Source: an uncultured Pseudomonadales bacterium (GTDB lineage: Bacteria > Patescibacteriota > Microgenomatia > UBA1400 > MFAQ01). Taken from it: 61,281 nucleotides of DNA. This document shows positions 43,037-52,384 of the stretch, one piece after another. The notes beneath the pieces were generated by a model that had not been told where the DNA came from, ran no database searches, and worked only from the letters and a program-made list of their open reading frames with translations. The stretch lies in assembly GCA_964357975.1 (NCBI GenBank), contig CAYHNG010000007.1:1-61281 (forward strand), given 5' to 3'. Numbering within the stretch: the first letter of the stretch is position 1; every line of letters starts with the position of its first letter. Made by a program: the position numbers and the translations under genes.

Positions 43037-43885
43037 ATGCCTGAATTACCCGAGGTGGAAACAATTAGTCGCCAGCTGAATGAATCCATCAGCGGGCGTA
43101 CGGTGTCGCAGGTAGAAGTGTTAAGACAAAGAAGTTTTTGGGGGGACGAAAAAAAAATTATTGATTGGAAGGTAGAATCAGTTTCCAGAAAATCTAAGTT
43201 GATAGAGATTCGTTTTTCAAATCAGACAGAGATGATAATTGTCCACCTGAAGATGACCGGTCAGCTAATATTTGTTGACGGAACAAAGAGGGTTGTCGGT
43301 GGGCATCCCACTCCTGATTGGGTTAACGAATTACCTTCAAAACATACGCGGGTGATTTGGAAATTTAAGGATGGCGCAAGACTATATTTTAACGATATGA
43401 GAGTTTTTGGATGGATGAAAATTGTGTCCAAAGAAAAATATGAAAATGAGATTCGAAAACAATCTCCCGATATTATCGATCGAGGATTTACCGATGAATA
43501 TCTGTTTGATATATTAAAGAAAACAAAAAAAACCATAAAATTTGTATTGCTGGACCAGGAGAAGATGGGTGGATTGGGTAACATCTACGTGAATGATGCG
43601 CTGTTCCTAGCCGGCATTAGGCCCGACAGAAAAGCGGATAGCCTGAGTTGGGAAGAAGGTCGGCGATTGCACAAAGCGGCGGTAAAGGTAATTCGAGACG
43701 GTATCAAATATGGAGGGGCCAGCGCCAGTAATTATGTACAAGTCACGGGCTTGGGTGGAACTTACCAGGACCATTTTCTGGTTTACAAAAAAGATGGCCA
43801 AAAATGTACGAAGTGCGGGGAGACAATAAAAAAAATTAAACTGGGAGGGCGAGGATCTTTCTACTGCCCAAATTGTCAGAGGTGA
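43037..43885 (+). CDS. mutM: formamidopyrimidine-DNA glycosylase
   Basis: N-terminal MPELPEVE, an H2TH, and the C-terminal zinc finger CTKCG...YCPNCQ. Confidence 0.95.
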   Translation: MPELPEVETISRQLNESISGRTVSQVEVLRQRSFWGDEKKIIDWKVESVSRKSKLIEIRFSNQTEMIIVHLKMTGQLIFVDGTKRVVGGHPTPDWVNELPSKHTRVIWKFKDGARLYFNDMRVFGWMKIVSKEKYENEIRKQSPDIIDRGFTDEYLFDILKKTKKTIKFVLLDQEKMGGLGNIYVNDALFLAGIRPDRKADSLSWEEGRRLHKAAVKVIRDGIKYGGASASNYVQVTGLGGTYQDHFLVYKKDGQKCTKCGETIKKIKLGGRGSFYCPNCQR

Positions 43886-43899
43886 AGTAGAATGGCAGA

Positions 43900-44520
43900 A
43901 TGCCCATTCCGTTTATCGTGAAGACAGCCAAAGGTTTGAGTTCGAGATCTGTAGAGGAAGCCAACTTGTGGTCGAGAATAATTCATGGTGTGATGAAGCG
44001 AAAGGCTGATGAGATGTGGAAACATATCGGGAAATATGTCAAAGGGAAAAAAATTCTGGATGTGGGGATGGGTAGTGGATCGATTGCTTGTTTACTGAAC
44101 AAGAAGGGCTTAACGGTAACTAGTGTAGATGTGGCAAACCTGAGTATATATGAAGATCTGAAGCCGGTGATCTATGGCGGACACAAATTGCCTTTTAAGG
44201 ATAATCAATTTGACACGGCAGTGATTATCCATGTACTTCATCATTGTGAGGATGGGTTGGAAGTGCTGAAGGAAGCAAAGCGAGTAGCGAAGAGAGTGGT
44301 GTTTATTGAAGATACATATAGAAACGCGGTAGAGTGGTTTTTTGATGCCGTGTTTGATTCATTGGGGAATTTTGAGTTTTGGTGGCATACATATCGAAAG
44401 GTTTCCGAATGGAAAGAAATACTTCACAGAAACGGGTGGAAAGTGAAGGCGTTTGAAGAATGGAGCGAGATGGGCATTGCGTCTCTGTATGGTCGATATT
44501 GTATGTTTGTAATTGAGTAA
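43900..44520 (+). CDS. class I SAM-dependent methyltransferase
   Basis: Motif I ILDVGMGSGS and post-I/II spacing. TAGAAT ends 6 nt before the ATG. Confidence 0.75.
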   Translation: MPIPFIVKTAKGLSSRSVEEANLWSRIIHGVMKRKADEMWKHIGKYVKGKKILDVGMGSGSIACLLNKKGLTVTSVDVANLSIYEDLKPVIYGGHKLPFKDNQFDTAVIIHVLHHCEDGLEVLKEAKRVAKRVVFIEDTYRNAVEWFFDAVFDSLGNFEFWWHTYRKVSEWKEILHRNGWKVKAFEEWSEMGIASLYGRYCMFVIE

Positions 44521-44546
44521 ACCTTCTTACGTGTAGAATAAGGGCA

Positions 44547-45596
44547 ATGTTGAAAAAAGTTGTCTTAAGTGATTTCAGAAATTATAAGAACGCCGAGTAT
44601 GACTTTTCCGATGGAGTAAATCTGGTGGTGGGTCAGAATGCTAAAGGGAAAACAAATTTGTTAGAGGCGATCTATCTTTTGGGAGTAGGTGATAGCTTTC
44701 GGGCCAAGAGAACGGAAGAAATGGTGGCGTTTGGTCAAGAACTTGGCCGGGTAAGTGGGGAAATAGAGTTACCAAAAGACGACAAGCTGATGTTGGAAGT
44801 AATTGTGAACGGGGGTTTGGTTATGGGGAAAGTGGTGAATAAGAGAAAGTATCTGATCGATGGGGTGTCGCGGAGGAGGCAAGATATATTAGGAATACTG
44901 CCCTTGGTACTTTTTCGTCCGGAAGACGTGGAGCTGATTAGCGGACCCCCGGATGTAAGAAGAAAGTTCTTGGACAGACTCCTAATCCAAGTAGATAAAA
45001 TTTACAGTAACAGTCTTGCCACATACGATCAGGCGCTAAGAAGAAGGAATCGACTGCTGGATGCCATCCGCGAGGGTAGTGCCAGTCCTTATTCATTAAC
45101 ATTTTGGGATGGACTACTAATTAAACACGGGCAAGTGATTCAGGAAAAGAGACGGGAATTGGTGGAATACATAAATGAACTGTTTGGGAAAAGTGAGCTG
45201 TTCAGAGAACTGACGGTAACATACGACATGAGTGCGATGAGTGAGACCAGATTGTCGCAATATAAAGAATCAGAACTGGCCGTAGGATATACGCTGGTAG
45301 GACCTCACAAGGATGACTTTCAGGTAAAAGCGGAGACTAGAGATTTGGCAGTTTATGGATCCAGAGGTGAGCAAAGGATGGCAGTACTGGCTTTAAAGAT
45401 GGGAGAAATCTATTTTATGGAAGAAAAAGGGAATAGAAAGGTGCTTTTGTTACTGGATGATATTTTTTCCGAACTGGATGAGGTGCACAAAGAAGAAGTA
45501 CTAAGAGTAATGTCCGGCAGACAGGTGGTGGTGACGACCGCTGACGAAGGAGATGTGGTGATGTTTAAGAAAATGAAGACGATCAGGCTTTCTTAG
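44547..45596 (+). CDS. recF: DNA replication/repair protein RecF
   Basis: Contains LSDFRNYKN, Walker A GQNAKGKTNLLEAI, signature GSRGEQR, and Walker B LLLLDDIFSELD. Confidence 0.9.
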   Translation: MLKKVVLSDFRNYKNAEYDFSDGVNLVVGQNAKGKTNLLEAIYLLGVGDSFRAKRTEEMVAFGQELGRVSGEIELPKDDKLMLEVIVNGGLVMGKVVNKRKYLIDGVSRRRQDILGILPLVLFRPEDVELISGPPDVRRKFLDRLLIQVDKIYSNSLATYDQALRRRNRLLDAIREGSASPYSLTFWDGLLIKHGQVIQEKRRELVEYINELFGKSELFRELTVTYDMSAMSETRLSQYKESELAVGYTLVGPHKDDFQVKAETRDLAVYGSRGEQRMAVLALKMGEIYFMEEKGNRKVLLLLDDIFSELDEVHKEEVLRVMSGRQVVVTTADEGDVVMFKKMKTIRLS

Positions 45597-45855
45597 TATC
45601 CAATCTCTCAAGAATGCGGGCGGTCTGGATGGTAATGAGAACAGCTACGGTGGTAATAAAGATGGCGTACACGAAAAGTGAGATAACTCCTGAGCCTTTG
45701 GCAAAGTAGGGTTTTACGAAGACCGAAACATACTCTTTGATAGCTTCGTTCCAGGCCAGAGCGGCGACCAGACCGAAAGAGGTTGAGACGAGATTGATAA
45801 TTTGGACAACAATCGCTTTGTGTAGGGCAGTGGTAGGCTTCATTTTGGTTTCCAT
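45583..45855 (-). CDS. small two-TM membrane protein
   Basis: The METKMKPTT... start is chosen because TATAAT (45862-67, minus) lies 6 nt upstream. The upstream part of the 179-aa ORF overlaps the nnrD start region and looks non-coding. Confidence 0.5.
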   Translation of the reverse strand: METKMKPTTALHKAIVVQIINLVSTSFGLVAALAWNEAIKEYVSVFVKPYFAKGSGVISLFVYAIFITTVAVLITIQTARILERLDTKKA

Positions 45856-45959
45856 AACTGTATTATATACGTGGAAGATAATGGCCAATCTCACCGATCG
45901 GTAGGATAGGTTGTTAGGGCAAACTCCGCAACGACTAAGATTGGTGTAAGATATACACG

Positions 45960-46838
45960 ATGAATATAGAAACATTTGATCCGAGTTGGTTTGAAGAAAG
46001 CAAGACGTTGCGAGGAGAAAAAAGTAAATATACAAAAGGGGTGACCGGCGGAGGAGTAACGATAATTGGGGGGAGTAAGCTATTTCATGGTGCCCCCTTG
46101 ATTGCATTAAAAGCCGCCTCAAGAATTGTGAGCATGGTTTATTTTGCCAGTCCGGATGAGGACCGGGAAGTTGCGGAAAGAATTAAATCTTCTTTGTTAA
46201 ACTTTATTTGGGTACCCTACACAGACGTGGTGAGATATGTGGCGAAATCCGAATCGGTATTAATAGGTCCGGGAATGATGAGAAGCCATATTAGTGAACA
46301 CGGTTTTGTGTGCGATAGTGAGGGTGAGCAAACAAGGCAACTAAGTACAAGCTTGTTTAAAGAATGTCCTGATCAAAAATGGGTGGTAGACGGCGGTACT
46401 TTACAGGTAACTAAATTAGGTGAGTTGCCTAATGGGGCGGTGGTGTCTCCAAATAAAAGAGAGTTCGTAATGTTATTCGGGGAAGAAATGAAAGATGGTC
46501 CGGAGGAGAGAGCCGAGCAAATTTTTCGACTGGCAAAGGAACATGGTTTGGTGATATTGACAAAAGATGAAGTGTCGATGGTAAGCGATGGAGTAAGAGT
46601 GGTGAAGATTCACGGAGGTAACGAGGGGTTGGTCAAAGGTTGTACCGGTGACTTGATTGCCGGAATTATTGTCGGATTTTTGGCTAAGGACACGGGCTTA
46701 TTTGCGGCGGCAGCAGCCTCATATTTGACCAAGAAGGCCGCTGAAAAATTGGCGGAAAAAAGAGGTTGGATGTTTAATGCCGATGATGTGGTAGATACGG
46801 TACCGGAAATATATGGTGAAATAGTTCACGGTTTGTAG
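45960..46838 (+). CDS. nnrD: ADP/ATP-dependent NAD(P)H-hydrate dehydratase (YjeF C-terminal type)
   Basis: Contains GGSKLFHGAPLIALKAASR and GCTGDLIAGIIVGFLA. Confidence 0.8.
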   Translation: MNIETFDPSWFEESKTLRGEKSKYTKGVTGGGVTIIGGSKLFHGAPLIALKAASRIVSMVYFASPDEDREVAERIKSSLLNFIWVPYTDVVRYVAKSESVLIGPGMMRSHISEHGFVCDSEGEQTRQLSTSLFKECPDQKWVVDGGTLQVTKLGELPNGAVVSPNKREFVMLFGEEMKDGPEERAEQIFRLAKEHGLVILTKDEVSMVSDGVRVVKIHGGNEGLVKGCTGDLIAGIIVGFLAKDTGLFAAAAASYLTKKAAEKLAEKRGWMFNADDVVDTVPEIYGEIVHGL

Positions 46839-46848
46839 CTATTAGTTA

Positions 46849-48003
46849 TTGGATGGAAGTTTTGAGTTGAGATATTCCGCAGAGAATGCGATAATTGATT
46901 TAATGTTTTCTCCGGCATTTAAAATTACCAATAAAACCTTGCTAAACCTGATTGAGGTTGAAGTGGCTGGGATGATCGTACGGTTGTCGAGATTACAGTC
47001 TGACTGGGAATTTAGATTAAAGCAAGAAGGTTTGGTGCGAAGGGTTTACAGCATGGCAAGATTTTCGACGAACGATTTGGGTATCGACGATGTGGCCAAG
47101 ATTGTAAAAGATGAGCCGGGTCGAGATGATAAGGCTCACATGGTAGCCCTAAGAACGGGTGTGGTTGGAAAAGAAAAAGATGTACAACAGGTGCTGAATT
47201 TGTTAAATGTAAACAGATTGGTAGAACAACTGGCCTTTTTGTCCGGAAAATTTAAACAGGGTGAGTTTGGAGAGAAAGATCTCTCTCAAATCAATACCTT
47301 GTTGGGAGAAAGGTTGGTTTTACCGGATGATGCTGGACGGTTGAGGAATAAAGAAGTGGATGGTCCAATATCGGTTTTGCCGCTAGCAGTTGAAGTGCCC
47401 TTTCAAATTGAAGATTTGCTTGGATGGTTTGATGGTACCAATAAGAATGAAATACATCCGATAAATAAAGCGGGAGTAATGTTTTACGAATTATTGAGAA
47501 TCAGTCCCTATCAGGAGAACAATTTACTGACAGCAATATGTTTTTATCAACTATTGTTGTCTTCGGAGGGTTATGGATTCAAGGGCCTTTGGTCGATCGA
47601 AGAAGAGATTCTTAAGAACAGTGAGACTTTTCAACAGGCGGTATCTTCAGTAGACAGGAATGGTGGAGAGCTGACTATCTGGTTGGAGTTTCTTAATAGA
47701 TGTCTTTCCGAGTCGGCAGAAAAAATGCAAACAAAGATAATGAACCTGGTAGGTGATGCACCAATTTTCAAATCCGATGGCGGCCGAGTAGTATCACTGA
47801 CAGAGAGGCAAATTGTCATAATGGAAGAGATGACTCTGAAGAATGAAGTGACCATAAAGGAGACAAGGAGCATTTTGCCTATGGTTTCGGACGATACAAT
47901 TCTGCGGGATTTGAAAGATTTGATCGATAAGAAGCTGATACGTAAGAAGGGGAAAACAAAAGGGGCGCTTTATGTGATGGGAAAGGCTAGGAGCTATCGA
48001 TAA
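46849..48003 (+). CDS. Fic-domain-like protein with a degenerate active site and a C-terminal wHTH
   Basis: Fic-like helices are present (HPINKAGVMFYELLRI). The HxFx(D/E)GNGRxxR position reads SPYQENNLLTAI (47503-47538). The C-terminus is a DeoR/MarR-like wHTH. The start is TTG, or a downstream ATG is possible. Confidence 0.55.
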   Translation: MDGSFELRYSAENAIIDLMFSPAFKITNKTLLNLIEVEVAGMIVRLSRLQSDWEFRLKQEGLVRRVYSMARFSTNDLGIDDVAKIVKDEPGRDDKAHMVALRTGVVGKEKDVQQVLNLLNVNRLVEQLAFLSGKFKQGEFGEKDLSQINTLLGERLVLPDDAGRLRNKEVDGPISVLPLAVEVPFQIEDLLGWFDGTNKNEIHPINKAGVMFYELLRISPYQENNLLTAICFYQLLLSSEGYGFKGLWSIEEEILKNSETFQQAVSSVDRNGGELTIWLEFLNRCLSESAEKMQTKIMNLVGDAPIFKSDGGRVVSLTERQIVIMEEMTLKNEVTIKETRSILPMVSDDTILRDLKDLIDKKLIRKKGKTKGALYVMGKARSYR

Positions 48004-48010
48004 AATTTAC

Positions 48011-48027
48011 CTTCGGTTCGAAGTGCT
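48011..48027. repeat. TTCGG..TTCGAAGTGC motif copy
   Basis: cTTCGGTTCGAAGTGCt shares the exact 10-mer TTCGAAGTGC with 58102-58111. Confidence 0.5.
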
Positions 48028-48034
48028 AATTATT

Positions 48035-48115
48035 GTCATTGCGAGTCTTGTATTCAAGCCGAAGCAATCTCTCATGGTCGGGGATTGCCACGTCGGAGTA
48101 CCTCCTCGCAATGAC
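48035..48115. repeat. head-to-head dimer of the same repeat family
   Basis: Has the form GTCATTGCGAG-N15-GAAGCAATCTC-N11-GGGATTGCCAC-N13-CTCGCAATGAC. The 11-bp termini are perfect reverse complements, and the internal GCAATC/GATTGC also pair. Confidence 0.8.
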
Positions 48116-48138
48116 GTGGTGATTGATATACTACAAGT

Positions 48139-49848
48139 ATGTTGTTTAAAGACTTTGCCGGGTATTTGGAGAAACTGGAAAAGATTTCTTCCCGATTAGA
48201 AATCACCAAAGTGCTGGCGGAACTAATTGAGAAAATGTCTGTGGAAGAAACTGATAAAGGAGTGTATCTAACTTTGGGTCAACTGGGGCCGGACTTTGAT
48301 AATAAAGAGTTTAATATGGCAGTAAAGATGGTATTACGGAGTGTGGTAGATGGGACAGGTCTATCGGTTAAAGAGATAGAGCATAAATATAAAGCTAAGG
48401 GAGATGTGGGCTTGGTAGTTGAAGAATTGGATTTTAAAAAAGACTCAACCGTGAAATATTCGATATCTGAAGTTTTTGAGAAGCTGAAAATTATGGCTGA
48501 TGAGGGTGGTGGAGGAAGTCAAGAGCGAAAGGTGGCTAGACTGTCTGAGTTACTACTGACAACATCTAATTTGGAGAGAAAGTTTATTGCCAGAATGGTG
48601 ATAGGAAAGTTGCGTCTTGGCTTTTCGGAAAAAACTATTTTTGACGCATTGTCACAGATGACCAGTGGCGGAAAGACACTAAGAAAAGAGTTGGATAATG
48701 CTTTTCAAATTTACCCAGATCCAGGATATATTACTCAAATAGTAAAGGAAAAGGGAATGCTGGGACTGAAAAATATTAAGGTGAAGACGGGAGTACCGGT
48801 GGTTCCAGCCTTGTGCCAGAGATTGAATAACTACAAGGAGATAGTGGAGAAGATGGGGGTGGTGGCAATAGAGAGAAAGTACGACGGAACAAGAGTACAA
48901 ATCCACTTTAACAAAAAAAAGAACGAGGTTCGGACCTATACCAGAAATTTGGAAGAGTCCAGTCCGATGTTTCCGGAACTTCAGGATATGAAGGAATGGA
49001 TAAAGGCAGACGAAGTAATTCTGGACTGTGAGGCTGTGGGATATGAAAGAAAAACCAACAAAGTCCTACCATTTCAGATAACTATCACCAGAAAGAGAAA
49101 ACATGATGTGGCAGAAACGGCAAAATCTATTCCTCTAAGGTTCTTTGTGTTTGACATGTTGAGCTTGAATGGAGCCAGCCTAATTGAGAAACCCTATTTT
49201 GAAAGAAGAAAAGAGTTGGCAAAAATAATCAAAGCAAATGAAACGTTAGTGACTGACGACTATTTTAAAACCGATGATCCAACCGAAGTTCAGGAGATGC
49301 ATGATAAATTTTTGAAGGAAGGGTTTGAGGGAGCGGTAATCAAAATGTGGGAGGGAGAGTATTTGCCTGGTCGACAAGGTTGGAACTGGGTCAAAATCAA
49401 AGAGGCTGAAGGAACTTCGGGAAAACTGTCCGATACTTTGGACTTGGTAATTTTGGGATATTATTTGGGAAGGGGAAAACGATCAGACTTTGGAATAGGG
49501 GCGTTTCTGGTGGGTCTCACGAAGGAAGACAAATGGGTATCGATTGCGAAAATAGGAACAGGGCTGACCGATGTCGAGTTCCGAGATTTAAAGAAGAGTT
49601 TAGATGAGCATAAAACCAAAGAGAAGCCGGAAAACTATCTTGTTTCGGGCACTCTAATACCTGAAGTATGGGTGGAGCCCTTCGTTGTGGTAGAAGTGGC
49701 GGCTGATGAGATAACTAAGAGTCCTAACCACGCAGGGGGTCTGGCACTGAGGTTTCCCAGACTGGTGAAGTTCCGCGAGGATAAAGGACCCAAACAGGCC
49801 ACCACCTGGAAAGAAGTGGAGGAGATAGCCAAATTATCTACCGTCTAA
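48139..49848 (+). CDS. ATP-dependent DNA ligase, three-domain Lig1/archaeal type
   Basis: Motif I ERKYDGTRVQI (adenylation Lys), motifs EGAVIK and WVKIK, an N-terminal DNA-binding domain, and a C-terminal OB fold. The extended -10 TGaTATACT ends 6 nt before the ATG. Confidence 0.85.
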   Translation: MLFKDFAGYLEKLEKISSRLEITKVLAELIEKMSVEETDKGVYLTLGQLGPDFDNKEFNMAVKMVLRSVVDGTGLSVKEIEHKYKAKGDVGLVVEELDFKKDSTVKYSISEVFEKLKIMADEGGGGSQERKVARLSELLLTTSNLERKFIARMVIGKLRLGFSEKTIFDALSQMTSGGKTLRKELDNAFQIYPDPGYITQIVKEKGMLGLKNIKVKTGVPVVPALCQRLNNYKEIVEKMGVVAIERKYDGTRVQIHFNKKKNEVRTYTRNLEESSPMFPELQDMKEWIKADEVILDCEAVGYERKTNKVLPFQITITRKRKHDVAETAKSIPLRFFVFDMLSLNGASLIEKPYFERRKELAKIIKANETLVTDDYFKTDDPTEVQEMHDKFLKEGFEGAVIKMWEGEYLPGRQGWNWVKIKEAEGTSGKLSDTLDLVILGYYLGRGKRSDFGIGAFLVGLTKEDKWVSIAKIGTGLTDVEFRDLKKSLDEHKTKEKPENYLVSGTLIPEVWVEPFVVVEVAADEITKSPNHAGGLALRFPRLVKFREDKGPKQATTWKEVEEIAKLSTV

Positions 49849-49862
49849 GGTAAAATTAAGGA

Positions 49863-50504
49863 ATGGAAATACTTAAACTGATCTTGGACTTCTTTTTGCA
49901 TATAGATAAGAACTTGGTTTTGGTGATTGCTCAGTATGGGACAATGACATATCTGATTCTGTTCTTGGTGATATTCATGGAGACGGGATTGGTGGTTACT
50001 CCCTTTTTACCCGGTGACTCTTTGTTGTTTGCCGCAGGCGCCTTGTCGGCGATGGGGTCCTTTAATCTTTTGTTTCTTTATCTATTGATGGTGGCGGCGG
50101 CCGTACTCGGTGATTCCGTAAATTATTTTATCGGCGATAAACTTGAAAAAAAGATTTTTGATGGTCGAAGTAAGTTCTTTAAGAAAGAGTATTTGGAACA
50201 AGCGGAAGAGTTTTATCAAAGACATGGTGGAAAGGCAATCGTATTTGCCAGGTTTGTGCCAATAGTCAGAACTTTTGCACCGTTTGTGGCCGGGATTAGT
50301 AAGATGCATTATGGAAAATTTGTATTTTATAACGTCATTGGGGGTATCTCTTGGGTAACCATTTTTTTAATCGGCGGGTACGTGTTCGGTAACTTCCCTT
50401 TTGTGAAAGAGAATTTTCATTATGTGGCGCTGATGATTGTGTCAATTTCGGTAGTGCCAATTTTGATTGAGGTGGGAAAAAGAAAAAAAGAAAATAGATC
50501 CTGA
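49863..50504 (+). CDS. DedA family membrane protein
   Basis: Contains ETGLVVTPFLPGDSLLFAAGAL and RFVPIVRTFAPFVAG. Confidence 0.85.
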   Translation: MEILKLILDFFLHIDKNLVLVIAQYGTMTYLILFLVIFMETGLVVTPFLPGDSLLFAAGALSAMGSFNLLFLYLLMVAAAVLGDSVNYFIGDKLEKKIFDGRSKFFKKEYLEQAEEFYQRHGGKAIVFARFVPIVRTFAPFVAGISKMHYGKFVFYNVIGGISWVTIFLIGGYVFGNFPFVKENFHYVALMIVSISVVPILIEVGKRKKENRS

Positions 50505-50506
50505 TG

Positions 50507-50544
50507 AGAGATCTCGAATTTCAGATGCTAGTTGTGGTTAAATA
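50507..50544 (+). repeat. promoter-associated repeat module, copy 2
   Basis: Reads AGATCTCGaATTTCAGATGCtAGTTGTGGTTAAAT. The 3' part TTGTGGTTAAAT also occurs at 20649-20660. Confidence 0.6.
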
Positions 50545-50549
50545 GAGGT

Positions 50550-51515
50550 ATGCTTCTGGATATTTTATGGGGAATTGTTCTGATTCTGATTATGGTAATT
50601 TCTTCCGGAGCTACTGTAGACATATTCGAAAAGCTGGCTCATGACATTAGAGTAAACCGATTAATGTTGGCGACAATACTAGTCGGATTTTCAACTTCGT
50701 TGCCGGAGTTGTTTGTAGGACTAGCCGCTGCCTTTAGAGGGCAACCACAAATAGCATTGGGAGATATTGTAGGAGCTAATTTGGCAAATTTGAGCTGGAT
50801 TATTGGTGGCGCGGCTTTGCTGTTTGGTGCCGTTCCGGTAATTGGAGAGTATCTGCGGAAAGAGCTTTGGATCACAATGGGAATCGCGATGACGCCCTTC
50901 TTGTTGATGTTAGACGGTAAACTAACTAGATTGGATGGATTGGTGCTGGTGTTTTTGTACTTATTTTATATAAACAACTTAGTTCACCATGGTAGCTCGC
51001 CATTGAAGCATTTGAAGCTTTCCGGGAGGAAAATTGTCGTTCATCGATTACATACTCGAATGGAACCGGTAGTACAAACACTGAAGTTGGTGATGGGGTT
51101 GGGAGTTTTGGGGGTGAGCGCCTGGATGTTAGTGAACGTCGCTGTAAAAGTGTCCGGGTCTTTGGGGGTGAGCGCCTTTTTCATTGGGCTAATAATCTTG
51201 GCAATGGGAACGACCTTGCCGGAGTTAGTCCTGACTATCATGGCCTCCGAAAAAAGAGAGATATCCCTAATATTGGGAAATATTTTGGGTAGTGTAGTGG
51301 TAAATTCGACTTTGATATTAGGAATAATTGTTCTTGTTAGTCCAATTGGATATACAGACTCTCTTCAAAGGGGTATTTCGGGATTGTTTCTGATTATCAT
51401 TTTAGGTCTGTTCTGGTTATTCACCAAATCTAAACACAAACTGGAAAGATGGGAAGGGGCGGTTTTGGTAGGTATCTACGCTATGTTTGTAGGCATTCAG
51501 CTAATGCTGGCTTAG
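50550..51515 (+). CDS. Ca2+/cation (Na+) antiporter, CaCA/YrbG family
   Basis: The alpha-1 repeat is GDIVGANLANL and the alpha-2 repeat is GNILGSVVVNSTL. The ORF opens at TTG 50532, but TGgTTAAAT ends 6 nt before ATG 50550. Confidence 0.8.
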   Translation: MLLDILWGIVLILIMVISSGATVDIFEKLAHDIRVNRLMLATILVGFSTSLPELFVGLAAAFRGQPQIALGDIVGANLANLSWIIGGAALLFGAVPVIGEYLRKELWITMGIAMTPFLLMLDGKLTRLDGLVLVFLYLFYINNLVHHGSSPLKHLKLSGRKIVVHRLHTRMEPVVQTLKLVMGLGVLGVSAWMLVNVAVKVSGSLGVSAFFIGLIILAMGTTLPELVLTIMASEKREISLILGNILGSVVVNSTLILGIIVLVSPIGYTDSLQRGISGLFLIIILGLFWLFTKSKHKLERWEGAVLVGIYAMFVGIQLMLA

Positions 51516-52384
51516 GTCTGACTTTCTTCCAGGCTAAGAAGGGCGCGTATACGATCGGTGATTTTGGTCTTTTCCCCTTTTTTCTTAAAGGCTAGTTGGA
51601 TGAGTTTGGTAAGACCAGGAGTAATTCTGGTCTCTTCTTCGAGATATCCCCCTCCCATGGGATATTCTTTTTTTTGGTTTACCTTTTGATTGGTGAAAAA
51701 TTTTAGGTTAAGAACGGCGTATTTTTGAAGCATTTTTAATTTTCCGATTTTTCTAAAACGTCGAAAGGAATAAACAAAACGTGGTTCCCGAATTACTCCA
51801 AAAGTGTGTCCTTTGTGATGGCTACGATTGACGAACTCCGTATCTTCAGCAAATCCTACCTTTGGGTTGAAGCCTCCTATACTTTTAAAAATACTTTTTT
51901 TGCAGCCGATAAGCGCGCCATAGGCGGCTGGTTGATTGAGAAGTGAGGCGGTTTCAATCATGATATTCATATAACTCGCGATGGCTTTGTCTGAGGCAGT
52001 GACGGAGTCAGGAATGAACCAATTGGTGAAAAGGTCCAGTGGTTTAACATGTAGCTGGTACTTGACCCCTTCGAGAAAGTATTTGGGGAGTCTGTTGTCG
52101 GCATCGTTAAATAAAAGATACTTTCCGATTGCTTTATCTGCCCCCATGTTTCGTTGAATTGAAACATTACGAACGCTTGAGGAGAGAATTGTTAAAGAAG
52201 GAAGCTTTTTCTTAAACAAATTGGCTTTTTTAACGGTATTGTCTTTTGATTTACCATCAACAAGAATTACTTCAAAGTCTTGGGTGGTTTGTTTTGCCAA
52301 GTCATCGAGCAAAAGGGGGAGGTACTTCTCTTCGTTCAGGGCGGGGATAACTACTGAAAAAAAGGGTTTTTTGGTAACAATCAT
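51512..52384 (-). CDS. GT2-family glycosyltransferase
   Basis: Contains FSVVIPALNEEKYL, a DGKSKD-type nucleotide-binding region, and FNDADN (DxD). Confidence 0.8.
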   Translation of the reverse strand: MIVTKKPFFSVVIPALNEEKYLPLLLDDLAKQTTQDFEVILVDGKSKDNTVKKANLFKKKLPSLTILSSSVRNVSIQRNMGADKAIGKYLLFNDADNRLPKYFLEGVKYQLHVKPLDLFTNWFIPDSVTASDKAIASYMNIMIETASLLNQPAAYGALIGCKKSIFKSIGGFNPKVGFAEDTEFVNRSHHKGHTFGVIREPRFVYSFRRFRKIGKLKMLQKYAVLNLKFFTNQKVNQKKEYPMGGGYLEEETRITPGLTKLIQLAFKKKGEKTKITDRIRALLSLEESQT

